Positions 35,038 through 44,347 of a stretch of DNA of 64,000 nt are shown one piece after another; positions within the stretch are counted from its first letter, which is position 1, and each line of letters starts with the position of its first letter. Source of the DNA: Gemmatimonadales bacterium (GTDB taxonomy: Bacteria; Gemmatimonadota; Gemmatimonadetes; Gemmatimonadales; GWC2-71-9); NCBI GenBank assembly GCA_035943095.1, contig DASZCN010000037.1, positions 842-64,841 of the forward strand, in the 5' to 3' direction. Below the pieces are notes generated by a model. That model made no database searches. It was not told where the DNA came from and saw nothing but the letters and a program-made list of their open reading frames with translations. The position numbers and the translations under genes are program-made.

Positions 35038-35604
35038 ATGACGAAGAGGAGTGGCAACGTCGGGGCCGGCGTGGCGATCGCCGTGCTGATCGCGCTCCCG
35101 GCCGCGGCACAAACGGCTCAATCTGCTCCAGGCTACAAGGCTCCCGTCATCAGCGACACGGGGCGACTCAAGGGTCCCCGCCAGCCGATCTTTTTCCGTC
35201 ACGACATCCACGCCGGGCAGGATCAGATCCCCTGCCTGTACTGCCACAATACGGTCGCGATCTCGAGCGAGCCCGGCATCCCGGCACTCCAGACGTGCTT
35301 CGGCTGCCATCAAATCATCGGCGGGTCCACGCCCTCCCATCAGGCGGAGATCAAGAAAGTCCGCGTGGCGTTTCTCACCAAGAAACCGCCCGAATGGGTG
35401 CGCGTGCACGCCCTGCCCGGGTTCGTACACTTTCCGCACCAGCGCCACATCAAGGTGCTGGGCACCGACGCCTGCGTCACGTGCCACGGCGACGTCCGCA
35501 CCATGCCGCAGGTGTACCAATTCGCCACGCTGAAGATGGGCTGGTGCGTCAACTGCCACGTGCAGCGCAACGTGTCCCGCGACTGCACGCTGTGTCACTA
35601 CTGA
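35038..35604 (+). CDS. actA: Alternative Complex III pentahaem cytochrome c subunit ActA
   Basis: Track ORF trimmed to ATG 35038 (MTKRSGNVGAGVAIAVLIALPAAAQ signal/anchor). Five CxxCH motifs: CLYCH, CFGCH, CVTCH, CVNCH, CTLCH. Position is directly upstream of actB. Confidence 0.88.
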   Translation: MTKRSGNVGAGVAIAVLIALPAAAQTAQSAPGYKAPVISDTGRLKGPRQPIFFRHDIHAGQDQIPCLYCHNTVAISSEPGIPALQTCFGCHQIIGGSTPSHQAEIKKVRVAFLTKKPPEWVRVHALPGFVHFPHQRHIKVLGTDACVTCHGDVRTMPQVYQFATLKMGWCVNCHVQRNVSRDCTLCHY

Positions 35605-35611
35605 GGCCCCG

Positions 35612-38608
35612 ATGGACCGCAGACGGTTTTTGACCGTGCTGGGAGCGACTGGTGGCGCCGCCGCGGCGGCGTCGGGGTGCGACATCGGTCCGGAACCGAC
35701 CGAGCACCTCGTCCCATACGTCGTGCCGCCCGAGAACCAGGTGCCCGGGATCGCGACCTACTACGCCACCACCTGTCGTGAATGCGCCGCCGGATGCGGG
35801 CTGCACGCCAAGGTGCGCGAGGGTCGCGTGATCAAGCTCGAGGGGAACCCGGAGTCACCGATCAACCAGGGCCGGCTCTGCTCGCGCGGCCAGGCCGCGC
35901 TCCAGGGCCTCTACAATCCCGACCGCATCACCGATCCGATGGCCCGTGGGCCGAACGGCCAGTGGCAGAAGCTCAGCTGGGACGACGCGATCGGCCGCCT
36001 GCAAGCCCAGATGAAGCAGGCTCGCAGCAAGAGGGAGGGCATCGCGTTCGTCACGGGACTCGAGAGTGGCTCGTTCGGGGAGCTGGTGGACGCCTGGGTG
36101 AAGGAGATCGGCGGACGGCACGTCACCTACGAGCCCTTCGCCTTCGAGGCCGTGCGCGAAGGCAACCGGATCGCGTTCGGCACGGCGGCGATCCCGTCGT
36201 ACGATTTCGCCAACGCGCGCTACATCATGTCGTTCGGCGCCGATTTCATGGAGACGTGGCTGTCGCCGGTCGCCTATCAGAACGGCTTCACGCGGGCGCA
36301 CGCCTTCGACGCCGGCCGGGATGGCTCGATGGCCAAGTTCGTCTACGTCGGCCCACGTTTATCGCTGACGGGGATGAGCGCGGACGAGTGGATCGTCCCG
36401 AAGCCCGGCACGGAGTTCATGCTCGCGCTGGCGATGGCGCAGGTCATCCTGACGGAGCGGCTCGCCCCGTCGCTCTCTCCCGCCGAGGCCGGCCGGCTCC
36501 AACACCTGTTGCCGAGCCCGGAGCGCATTGCCGGGTCCGTCGGGGTGGAAGCCGGGAAGATTCAGCGCCTGGCGCGCGAGTTCGCTGCGTCCAAAGGCGG
36601 CTTGGCGGTCGCGGGTGGGATCGCCTCGCAGTATGCCAGCGGCGCCCTGCTCGTGGCGGCGGCAAACGTCCTGAATTACGTCGCGGGTCAGGTCGGGAAG
36701 ACGGTCAAGTTCGGCCCCAATCACGCGCTCGAGGCCGCGGGCTCGTTCAAGCAGCTGACCGATCTGGTCGCCGACATGAAGGCGGAGAAAGTCGGCCTGC
36801 TGCTCGTCCACGGCGCCAATCCCGGTCACTCGCTGCCGGCCGCGTTCTCCGAAGCGCTCGGGCACGTCGGCTACAAGGTCAGTTTCGCGGCGTACTGGGA
36901 CGAGACCGCCGCGGCGGCCGACCTCGTCCTTCCCGACTTCCACCCGCTTGAGCAGTGGAACGACTCGCGCCCGCGAGCCGGCGTGTACGCGCTGCAGCAG
37001 CCGGTGATGGAGCCGGTGTTCCCGAACACGCGGCACGCCGGGGACGTCCTCCTCCAAGCGTCGGGCAAATCGGGCGGTTTCAAAGACTATCTGCAGGGCC
37101 GCTGGCGGACGTTGCACACCCGGTATGGTCGTGGTCGCGGGTTCGAAGAGTTCTGGAGCGACGCGTTGCAGCACGGTGGGATCTACTCGGACGTTCCCAC
37201 GCAACCGGTGCGACTTGGCCCGGATATCGCGCGCCTCGTGGCCGGCGCGACCGGAACCTCGCTCCAGCTCACCACGCTGATCGTCTTCCCCTCGATTGCC
37301 CTGCATGACGGCCGCGGAGCGAACAAACCCTGGCTTCAAGAGCTTCCCGACCCGGTCTCCAAGATCACCTGGCACGGCTGGGTGGAAGTGCATCCTGAGA
37401 CCGCGGCCAAGTGGCAGCTCGCGAACGGCGACGTCGTGCTCCTCAGGTCGCCGCATGGAGCGGTGCGTGCGCCCGCCTGGATCACCCCCGGTATCCGCCC
37501 GGACGTGCTCGCGGTCCCCACGGGCCAGGGCCACAAGGCGTACGGGCGGTACGCGAAGGACCGTTCCTTCAATGCGTTCGAGCTCCTGAGTCCCGACCCC
37601 GCCGACTTCGGTGGTCGGGCGTTCGTCGTCGGTGTGACTGTCACCAAGACCGCCGACCACCGCCGGCTCGCCACCATCGAGGGCGACGCGCGCGAGCAGG
37701 GTCGCGGGGTGATCGAAGTGCTGGGGCTGGACCGGGCCCGGGCGCTCAAGCGGGGCCAGCATCCGTTCGCGGAGCGCGAGGCACCCCCATATGCCGAGAA
37801 GGCGTTGGAGGAGTGGGCCGAGGCCCAGCACAAGAAGGCGTCGCTCGGCAACTACGCGGGTGAGCACCCGCGGTGGGGGATGGCGATCGACCTCGCGAAA
37901 TGCACGGGGTGCTCCGCGTGCGTCACGGCGTGTTATGCGGAAAACAATCTGGCGACGGTGGGCGAAGAGCTCGTGGTCCGCCGACGGCAGATGAGCTGGC
38001 TTCGGATCGAGCGCTACTACACCGGCGAGGACGAGGGTCACGCGCGCGCGGTCGTGACGCCGATGCTGTGCCAGCAGTGCGGTAACGCGCCCTGCGAGCC
38101 GGTGTGCCCGGTGTACGCCGCGTACCACACCGCCGACGGCTTGAACGGCCAGGTCTACAACCGGTGCGTAGGCACGCGCTACTGCGCCAACAACTGTCCG
38201 TACAAGGTCCGCTACTTCAACTGGTTCAACTACGCCGAGCAGGGCGGGGAGTGGGAAAGCTGGCCGGACCCGCTCAACATGCTGCTCAATCCCGACGTCA
38301 CGGTGCGCGAGAAGGGCGTGATGGAGAAATGCACCTTCTGCGTGCAGCGGATCCGTGGGGCGCAAAACCGGGCGCGGCTCGAGGATCGCAACGTGCAGGA
38401 CGGCGACATCACGCCCTCGTGCGCGCAGGCGTGCCCGTCCGAGGCAATCGTGTTCGGCGACCTGCACGACAAGACGTCCCGCGTCGCGGCCCTCGCGCAG
38501 GATCCGCGTGGCTATCACGTCCTCGCGGGGCTCAACACGCTCCCGGCGATCACGTACCTCGCGAAGGTCGTGCACGGCGGCGCGGCGGAGCCCAAGAACG
38601 ATGGCTGA
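35612..38608 (+). CDS. actB: Alternative Complex III subunit ActB (molybdopterin-oxidoreductase-like + Fe-S domains)
   Basis: 998 aa. Tat leader MDRRRFLTVLGATGGAAAAASGC. N-terminal CRECAAGCG cluster and CISM-like domain. C-terminal ferredoxin motifs CTGCSACVTAC, CQQCGNAPCEPVCP, CVGTRYCANNCPYKVRYFNW, CTFCVQR and CAQACPSEAIVFG. Confidence 0.92.
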   Translation: MDRRRFLTVLGATGGAAAAASGCDIGPEPTEHLVPYVVPPENQVPGIATYYATTCRECAAGCGLHAKVREGRVIKLEGNPESPINQGRLCSRGQAALQGLYNPDRITDPMARGPNGQWQKLSWDDAIGRLQAQMKQARSKREGIAFVTGLESGSFGELVDAWVKEIGGRHVTYEPFAFEAVREGNRIAFGTAAIPSYDFANARYIMSFGADFMETWLSPVAYQNGFTRAHAFDAGRDGSMAKFVYVGPRLSLTGMSADEWIVPKPGTEFMLALAMAQVILTERLAPSLSPAEAGRLQHLLPSPERIAGSVGVEAGKIQRLAREFAASKGGLAVAGGIASQYASGALLVAAANVLNYVAGQVGKTVKFGPNHALEAAGSFKQLTDLVADMKAEKVGLLLVHGANPGHSLPAAFSEALGHVGYKVSFAAYWDETAAAADLVLPDFHPLEQWNDSRPRAGVYALQQPVMEPVFPNTRHAGDVLLQASGKSGGFKDYLQGRWRTLHTRYGRGRGFEEFWSDALQHGGIYSDVPTQPVRLGPDIARLVAGATGTSLQLTTLIVFPSIALHDGRGANKPWLQELPDPVSKITWHGWVEVHPETAAKWQLANGDVVLLRSPHGAVRAPAWITPGIRPDVLAVPTGQGHKAYGRYAKDRSFNAFELLSPDPADFGGRAFVVGVTVTKTADHRRLATIEGDAREQGRGVIEVLGLDRARALKRGQHPFAEREAPPYAEKALEEWAEAQHKKASLGNYAGEHPRWGMAIDLAKCTGCSACVTACYAENNLATVGEELVVRRRQMSWLRIERYYTGEDEGHARAVVTPMLCQQCGNAPCEPVCPVYAAYHTADGLNGQVYNRCVGTRYCANNCPYKVRYFNWFNYAEQGGEWESWPDPLNMLLNPDVTVREKGVMEKCTFCVQRIRGAQNRARLEDRNVQDGDITPSCAQACPSEAIVFGDLHDKTSRVAALAQDPRGYHVLAGLNTLPAITYLAKVVHGGAAEPKNDG

Positions 38609-39944
38609 CCGGCCCGCCTCCCGCGTCACCTACGACTTCGTCACGCGTGCGATTGCGCGCACGCTTGAGACTCCGGGCAAGGGGTATTTCGCGCTCTTGA
38701 CCGCGGCGGTCGTCCTGCTCGCCGTCGGCATTGTCACCCTGTGCTTCCTGATCCGCTACGGGTTGGGGCTCGCGGGCTATTCGCACCCGGTGTACTGGGC
38801 GGTCTTCATCACCTGCTTTGTGTTCTGGGTCGGTATCGCGCACTCGGGGACGCTGATCTCGGCGATCCTCTTCCTGTTCCGGTCGGGATGGCGCACCGCG
38901 GTGTACCGGACCGCCGAAGCGATGACGGTCTTCGCCGTCATGACGGCGGGACTGTTCCCGCTGATTCACATCGGCCGGCAGTGGTACTTCTACTGGCTGA
39001 TCCCGTATCCCAACGAGCGCGGTCTGTGGCCGAACTTCAAGTCGCCGCTCATCTGGGACGAGTTCGCCATCGGTACCTACTTCACCGTGTCGACGGTGTT
39101 TCTCATCACGGGCCTGATCCCGGACATCGCGGCGGTGCGCGATGTCGCGACGGGCTGGCGCAAGAAGCTCTACGCGATCTGCGCCCTCGGGTGGCGCGGC
39201 ACCAACGAGCAGTGGCGCCACTTCACGCGCGGGTACCTTTACCTGGCGGCGCTCGCGACGCCCCTGGTGCTGTCCGTGCACAGCGTCGTCTCCTGGGATT
39301 TCGCCATGGCGCTCGTGCCGGGATGGCACGCGACGCTGTTCGCGCCGTATTTCGTCGCCGGCGCCATCTACTCGGGCGTCGCGATGGTCATCACGCTGCT
39401 CGTGCCGATCCGAAAGCTATTCCACCTCGAAGCTCTCATTACGGTCAGCCACTTCGAGAACCTCGCGAAGCTCTGTCTGTTGACGGGGCTGATCGTGAGC
39501 ATGTCCTATTGCACCGAGAATTTCGTGGCGTGGTTCAGTGGCAACCCGCACGAGCGCGCGGCGTTCTGGTATCGGGCGTTCGGACCGTTCTGGTGGGCCA
39601 GCTGGACGATGAACATCTGCAACGGGCTCCTGCCGTGGCTGCTGTGGTCCAAGAAAGTCCAGACCAACATTCTCGGATTGTTCGTGGTGTCGATCTTCGT
39701 CAACATCGGGATGTGGTTCGAGCGCTACGTGATCATCGCCGTGTCCCTGGCCGGTGAGCCGTTCGAGCGGTTCGCCAACGCCGCCTACAATCCGACCTGG
39801 GCCGACTGGGGCATCATGGCCGGAAGCTTCGGGTGGTTCTTCATGTGGTTCCTCCTGTTCGTGAAGATCTTCCCGGCCGTCTCGATCTCGGAGGTGAAGG
39901 AAGTCCTGCCGCCGCCGCGCCGCGGAAAGGTGACGGCCGCGTGA
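38601..39944 (+). CDS. actC: Alternative Complex III membrane subunit ActC (NrfD/PsrC-like)
   Basis: ATG 38601 overlaps the end of actB by 8 nt. 447 aa and polytopic, with YFALLTAAVVLLAVGIVTL, HPVYWAVFITCFVFWVGIAHSGTLISAILF and LWPNFKSPLIWDEFAIGTYF typical of the NrfD family. Confidence 0.9.
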   Translation: MADRPASRVTYDFVTRAIARTLETPGKGYFALLTAAVVLLAVGIVTLCFLIRYGLGLAGYSHPVYWAVFITCFVFWVGIAHSGTLISAILFLFRSGWRTAVYRTAEAMTVFAVMTAGLFPLIHIGRQWYFYWLIPYPNERGLWPNFKSPLIWDEFAIGTYFTVSTVFLITGLIPDIAAVRDVATGWRKKLYAICALGWRGTNEQWRHFTRGYLYLAALATPLVLSVHSVVSWDFAMALVPGWHATLFAPYFVAGAIYSGVAMVITLLVPIRKLFHLEALITVSHFENLAKLCLLTGLIVSMSYCTENFVAWFSGNPHERAAFWYRAFGPFWWASWTMNICNGLLPWLLWSKKVQTNILGLFVVSIFVNIGMWFERYVIIAVSLAGEPFERFANAAYNPTWADWGIMAGSFGWFFMWFLLFVKIFPAVSISEVKEVLPPPRRGKVTAA

Positions 39945-40486
39945 AGCTCGTGAACCCGCTCACCGCGATCTTCCACCCGCCGCCCACGCCGGGTGTCCTG
40001 GCGGTGTTCGGCCAGCTCGATGCCACCGTGGACGCCATCGGCCGGCTCCGGGCCGCCGGCCACACCGATTTCACCGTGTACTCGCCGATTCCGCGGCACG
40101 AGATCGAGGACGCGCTCGACCAGCCGGTGAGCCCGGTCCGGATGTTCACGCTCATCGGCGGGATCGCGGGCTGCGCCATCGGCGCGTGGATCACGCTCTA
40201 CATGTCGTACGATTGGCCGATCGTGCTCGGCGGTAAGCCGATCGGCTCCATCCCACCGTACGTCGTGATCATGTTCGAGATGACGATCCTGTTCGGCGCC
40301 CTCTCGACCATCCTCGGGATCCTGTTCAACGCGCTGTTTGCGGCGCGCCGCTTGGGAACCGTCGCGTACGATCCGCGCTTCACCAACGACAAGTTCGGGA
40401 TCTTCGTACCGAGCGAGTCGGCGCGCGCCGGGCAGGTCGAGTCCCTGCTCAAGACCGCCGGCGCGGAAGAGGTGCGCCGTGCGTAA
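39941..40486 (+). CDS. actD: Alternative Complex III subunit ActD (DUF3341-type)
   Basis: GTG 39941 overlaps the actC stop (GTGA). GVLAVFGQLDATVDAIGRLRAAGHTDFTVYSPIPRHEIEDAL followed by two TM helices. Confidence 0.85.
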   Translation: MKLVNPLTAIFHPPPTPGVLAVFGQLDATVDAIGRLRAAGHTDFTVYSPIPRHEIEDALDQPVSPVRMFTLIGGIAGCAIGAWITLYMSYDWPIVLGGKPIGSIPPYVVIMFEMTILFGALSTILGILFNALFAARRLGTVAYDPRFTNDKFGIFVPSESARAGQVESLLKTAGAEEVRRA

Positions 40487-41021
40487 GCACCCCGCCGCCC
40501 TAGCCGCGCTTGCCATCGTGCTGGCCCTCGCCTGCGATCCGGACAACGTGGTGCACCAGATCGGGTGGTTCGCTACGATGCGGCACCAGCGCAGCATCAA
40601 GCCGTATGCGCACCCGATTCCCCCCGTCCCGGGCACCGTGCCCGTGACCGGCCCGGAGCCGCTCATGAGCCTTCAGACGGCCGACCGGCTGGTGAATCCA
40701 CGCACCCGCACGTCGGAGTCGATCAATCGCGGCCGGTTCGTCTACGAGACGTATTGCCTCGTGTGCCACGGGCCCGCGGGCCACGGCGACGGTCCCATTT
40801 CGTCGGCGGCGGGGGGGCCGTTCATTGGCGTGCGGTCGCTGGTGAACGACACCATCGCCCGCCGCACCGATGGGTACATCTACGCGGTCATCGTGAGCGG
40901 CCAGGTGATGGGTCGGGGGCTGATGCCCGTCTACGGCGACAAGGTGCGCGGCACGGATCGCTGGGACTTGGTGAACTACGTCCGCACTTTGCAGGCCGAG
41001 GCGAAGGGCGCGCGGCGATGA
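40479..41021 (+). CDS. actE: Alternative Complex III monohaem cytochrome c lipoprotein ActE
   Basis: GTG 40479 overlaps the end of actD. Lipobox ALAIVLALAC, a single CLVCHG haem motif, and RWDLVNYVRTLQ at the C-terminus. Confidence 0.85.
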   Translation: MRKHPAALAALAIVLALACDPDNVVHQIGWFATMRHQRSIKPYAHPIPPVPGTVPVTGPEPLMSLQTADRLVNPRTRTSESINRGRFVYETYCLVCHGPAGHGDGPISSAAGGPFIGVRSLVNDTIARRTDGYIYAVIVSGQVMGRGLMPVYGDKVRGTDRWDLVNYVRTLQAEAKGARR

Positions 41022-42229
41022 GCGCCACCACGACCGCTGGTCGCGAGGTGTTGGTCGAGAAGGCGCGGCAGTTCCCTGCGCGAACCTTCATGCTGCTGGG
41101 CGTGCTGGTCGCGATCGCCGGCGGGGCGTTGTTCCTGTGGGTGTTGGCCGAGGGTCGCTCAGCGCGGGCGTGGCAAGCGTGGCACGTGAACTTCATGTTC
41201 TGGACCGGCATGGCCCAGGGCCTCGTCGTGTTCGCCGCGACGCAGAAGCTCGCCAAAGGACACTGGTCCGGGGTCATCATCCGGTTCGCCGAAGCGGCGG
41301 TGGCGTTCCTGGTGGTGTCCCTCGCGCTGTACCTCGGACTCGTAGTCGGCCGCGAGCACATCTTCGGCTGGCTGCACGATCCTCGCCCCGATCTCGGCGC
41401 CTGGCTCACGACCAAGTTCTTCTTCGTGCGCAACTGGGTGATTTACGCGCTCCTCACCTGGCTGTCGTGGCGGTTCGTGCGGCATGACATGGCGCCGGAC
41501 ATCCATGAGCTCGCCGACGGTCGGCCGGCCGACCGACTGGAAGGCCGGGATGTCATCTCCCGCGACGCGGCTTTCGTCGTGCTCGGCTTCGCGTTCGGCT
41601 ACAGCCTGCTCGCGTTCGACCTCATGATGTCCCTGGCGCATAAATGGGTGAGCAGCCTGTTCGGCGTCTTCTACTTCATGGGCAGCTTCCTCGCCGCGTT
41701 GATGGCGCTCGCCGTGCTCGCGGTCGTGTTGCGCCGTTGGATGGGTCTCGAAGAGCTGTTCTCCGCCAAGCAGCAGCACGATCTGGGCAAGCTGTGCTTC
41801 GGCTTTACGGTCTTTTGGGCGTACCTGATGTGGGCGCAATTCCTCGTGATCTGGTACGGCAACCTGCCCGAGGAGACGTACTTCATCTTCTACCGGCTAA
41901 TCGGTCCATGGAAACCGGTCGGTGTCGCAGTCTTCCTCCTCGTCTTCCTCGCCCCGTTCATCGGCCTCCTCGGCGTGCGACCAAAGAAGCACGCGCCCAC
42001 GTTGGCGGCGTTCGCGCTCGTGAGTCTCGCGGGGATCTGGCTCGAGCGGTACCTGGAGATCGTGCCATCCGCCAACGGTGGAGCCGGGCCGGCGATCGGC
42101 TTGCCTGAGCTCGGCGCGACGCTCCTCTTCGGTGGCTTGTTCCTCCTGTCTGTGGGTTGGTTCGGCGCGCGCTATCCAATGGTGTCGCCACGTCTCGCCG
42201 CCGATACCGTGGAGCGAGAGCAACACTAG
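41018..42229 (+). CDS. actF: Alternative Complex III membrane subunit ActF (NrfD-like)
   Basis: ATG 41018 overlaps the actE stop (ATGA). 403 aa and polytopic, with WQAWHVNFMFWTGMAQGLVVF and FTVFWAYLMWAQFLVIWYGNLPEE. Confidence 0.88.
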   Translation: MSATTTAGREVLVEKARQFPARTFMLLGVLVAIAGGALFLWVLAEGRSARAWQAWHVNFMFWTGMAQGLVVFAATQKLAKGHWSGVIIRFAEAAVAFLVVSLALYLGLVVGREHIFGWLHDPRPDLGAWLTTKFFFVRNWVIYALLTWLSWRFVRHDMAPDIHELADGRPADRLEGRDVISRDAAFVVLGFAFGYSLLAFDLMMSLAHKWVSSLFGVFYFMGSFLAALMALAVLAVVLRRWMGLEELFSAKQQHDLGKLCFGFTVFWAYLMWAQFLVIWYGNLPEETYFIFYRLIGPWKPVGVAVFLLVFLAPFIGLLGVRPKKHAPTLAAFALVSLAGIWLERYLEIVPSANGGAGPAIGLPELGATLLFGGLFLLSVGWFGARYPMVSPRLAADTVEREQH

Positions 42230-42351
42230 TATTCTTTCTCGCTTCATCGTTTCCTGACATCTGCCTCGCGGCCCCCTGGCGTTGTGGGAGGGTAGTATCG
42301 ACCGCGCCAGACACCGGGCGCACACGTTTCCACGTCGCAGGCGGAGGCTCT

Positions 42352-42708
42352 ATGCGGTTTCACGTAGCGTGGCTGGCAGCGGTCGTGATGGTCCTTGGTG
42401 CCTGCGGCAGCTCGACCTCGCCAGGCGGGGGCGGCGGTGGGGGTGGGCATAGCACCACCATCACGGTCGGAAACGACTTCTTCAACCCCACGCCGGACAC
42501 CGTGCCTGCAGGGGCTGTCACCTTCACTTGGTCGACGCCGTCTAACGGCCACAACGTCACGTGGGACTCCGGTCCGGGTACGCTGCCCGCTAACTCGACG
42601 ACGATGGGCTCGGGAACCTATGTAGCGACGCTGCAGGCGGGAACGTACCAGTACCACTGCAGCATTCACGTTGCGCAAGGGATGCGCGGCACGATCGTCG
42701 TCCAGTAG
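42352..42708 (+). CDS. Type-1 (blue) copper cupredoxin lipoprotein, copy 1
   Basis: ATG 42352 follows GGAGG. Lipobox VVMVLGAC, a Gly8 tether, then a cupredoxin core with candidate ligands His (NGHNVTW) and Cys-x2-His-x4-Met (YHCSIHVAQGM). Confidence 0.8.
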   Translation: MRFHVAWLAAVVMVLGACGSSTSPGGGGGGGGHSTTITVGNDFFNPTPDTVPAGAVTFTWSTPSNGHNVTWDSGPGTLPANSTTMGSGTYVATLQAGTYQYHCSIHVAQGMRGTIVVQ

Positions 42709-42725
42709 AACGCTCCGGAGGCTCG

Positions 42726-43124
42726 ATGGAACCGATGTGGCTCGGTAGAGTGGTGGGGGGAATTGGTCTGGCGCTTCTGGCGTCCTGTGGAGGCTCCACA
42801 TCACCCTACGGTGGAGGGGGCGGTGGTGGGGGGGGCGGGGGTGGCGGCGGCGGCGGGCACTCCACGACGATCACGGTTGGGAACGACTTCTTCAGCCCGA
42901 CACCGGACACCATTCCCGCGGGGCAAGTGACCTTCAACTGGGCGGCGGGCTCGGTCGGGCATACAGTGACGTGGGACAGTGGTCCGGGGACCCTGCCGGC
43001 GAACGTTCCATTGAAGAGCTCCGGCACGTCCACGGCGACGTTGCAGGCGGGGACCTATCAGTATCACTGCGAAATCCACGGCGGTCCGGGGACCGGAATG
43101 CACGGTACGATCGTCGTTCAGTGA
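42726..43124 (+). CDS. Type-1 (blue) copper cupredoxin lipoprotein, copy 2 (tandem paralogue)
   Basis: 132 aa. Lipobox LALLASC and a Gly16 tether. The core is near-identical to copy 1 (HSTTITVGNDFF.PTPDT.PAG.VTF.W...GH.VTWDSGPGTLPAN...ATLQAGTYQYHC.IH). Ligand loop is YHCEIHGGPGTGM (Cys-x2-His-x6-Met). Confidence 0.8.
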   Translation: MEPMWLGRVVGGIGLALLASCGGSTSPYGGGGGGGGGGGGGGGGHSTTITVGNDFFSPTPDTIPAGQVTFNWAAGSVGHTVTWDSGPGTLPANVPLKSSGTSTATLQAGTYQYHCEIHGGPGTGMHGTIVVQ

Positions 43125-43145
43125 ACTGATCTGACGACAACCGCT

Positions 43146-43168
43146 CCCGGAGCGCAGCCAGCTCCGGG
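43146..43168. terminator. Hairpin between convergent genes (bidirectional-terminator-like)
   Basis: CCCGGAGC(43146-43153)-gcagcca-GCTCCGGG(43161-43168) is a perfect 8-bp stem. There is no clear U-tract, so this is weak. Confidence 0.3.
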
Positions 43169-43186
43169 ATAGACCCAGGGCTCGAT

Positions 43187-44347
43187 CTAGGGCGCGAGCG
43201 GCCGAAGCAGGCGCCGCAAGGCCGCGAGTGAGTCGGCGGGGAGCGGCCCACGGACATCCACGAAGAAACCGGACGCGGCCTGGCTTGCATTTTCCATCAC
43301 GGCAGTCGGAGGTGTCGCCGACTTGCGTGCCCGCGTTGTGACTGAATCGGCGACGCGCGCGTTGGGCAGCGCGTGGGCGCCAGGGCTGACACTGTCGCGG
43401 CGCATCTCACCTGCCCCCGTGACCACGACCTGATCGAGCTGTAGCGGCACCGCCCGTGCATTGATCACGTCGATCACCGTCGACGCATCGAGCGCCTGCT
43501 CGATGATCACCATCCCGGAGTAGCCGAGCATGCGCGCCCGGTAGATTCCCCGGATCGGCACGTCCGGTACGACCAGCGGGTCCCTGCCGAGCAGAACACG
43601 CGCGCTGTCGACTCCGATCGGACCATCTCTCAGTGCGTAGCCACGGTCGCCGACTCGCATCATCTCCGGACGCGCGGGTGCGGGTGCGGCGGCCTTGGCG
43701 GCAAGTCGTCGCCCGTCGACGACCATAGGTGCCGACTCCCTGACGCCGAGCGCGTTGGCTCCGGCAACCGCAATGGAGTCGGCCATCGGTTGGTGTAGTC
43801 TCTCTTGCTTCCGTTTCTCTTCCACCGACGTACCGAGGGCCGGCGGGGCCGGGGCCGCTGGTTGTGACGTTCGGACGCGTCGCTCGGGGAGGCTCTGCCG
43901 CTCGAGCAGAGCGACGCTGTCGGGCCCGAGGGCGCGGGCGGGAGCGGGGGCAGCAGCGGGGGCGGGAGCATTCTGCGCGACCCGGCTCGCCACAGCTGGA
44001 TGCTCGGACGGCATCTGCTCGAGCCGCGTGGAACGGCGCTCGCCAAGGTAACTCCCGATGCCCAATGCCAAGGCGATCGTCGCTGCCCACGCGAGCGGCA
44101 GGCGTGCCTGCCACCACAGGCGCACCGGTGGCCGCACGTCACCGGGGCGGAAGGGCGGGAGGTCGCGATCCGGCGGCGCGGCCCGCGCGAGCAGCTCCGC
44201 GGCGCGGGCGATCAACGCGCGCTCCTCCTCGAGGCGCTCCCGACAGGCGGGGCACTGGGCGACGTGCGCCTCGACGCTCTGGGCCTCGGGCGGCGATAAC
44301 TCGCCGTCCAGGTAGGCGTGCAGGGTTCCGTCATCCACGTGCGACAT
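43187..44347 (-). CDS. Anti-sigma factor (zf-HC2 N-terminus, single TM, large extracytoplasmic domain)
   Basis: N-terminus MSHVDDGTLHAYLDGELSPPEAQSVEAHVAQCPACRERL carries the H-x3-C-x2-C anti-sigma motif. TM helix LPLAWAATIALALGIGSYL. The start (ATG 44347 or GTG 44353) overlaps the end of the sigma gene. Confidence 0.7.
   Translation of the reverse strand: MSHVDDGTLHAYLDGELSPPEAQSVEAHVAQCPACRERLEEERALIARAAELLARAAPPDRDLPPFRPGDVRPPVRLWWQARLPLAWAATIALALGIGSYLGERRSTRLEQMPSEHPAVASRVAQNAPAPAAAPAPARALGPDSVALLERQSLPERRVRTSQPAAPAPPALGTSVEEKRKQERLHQPMADSIAVAGANALGVRESAPMVVDGRRLAAKAAAPAPARPEMMRVGDRGYALRDGPIGVDSARVLLGRDPLVVPDVPIRGIYRARMLGYSGMVIIEQALDASTVIDVINARAVPLQLDQVVVTGAGEMRRDSVSPGAHALPNARVADSVTTRARKSATPPTAVMENASQAASGFFVDVRGPLPADSLAALRRLLRPLAP

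Noticed and set aside
36359-38629. 756-aa minus-strand ORF (and many shorter ones) antisense to actB
   Set aside because: actB on the plus strand has a Tat leader and four ferredoxin-type Cys clusters. The antisense ORF is Arg/Gly/Asp/Leu low-complexity. The same reasoning applies to 9583..11079, 12056..13369, 21888..23054, 27480..28724, 31272..32699, 33015..33923, 52074..53039, 57805..59337, 61334..62347, 61593..62591 and 62616..63494.
42424-42857. G-rich repeated tracts considered as a possible CRISPR-like or tandem-repeat array
   Set aside because: They are in-frame Gly codon runs inside two paralogous cupredoxin genes. There is no repeat-spacer periodicity and there are no cas genes anywhere in the window.
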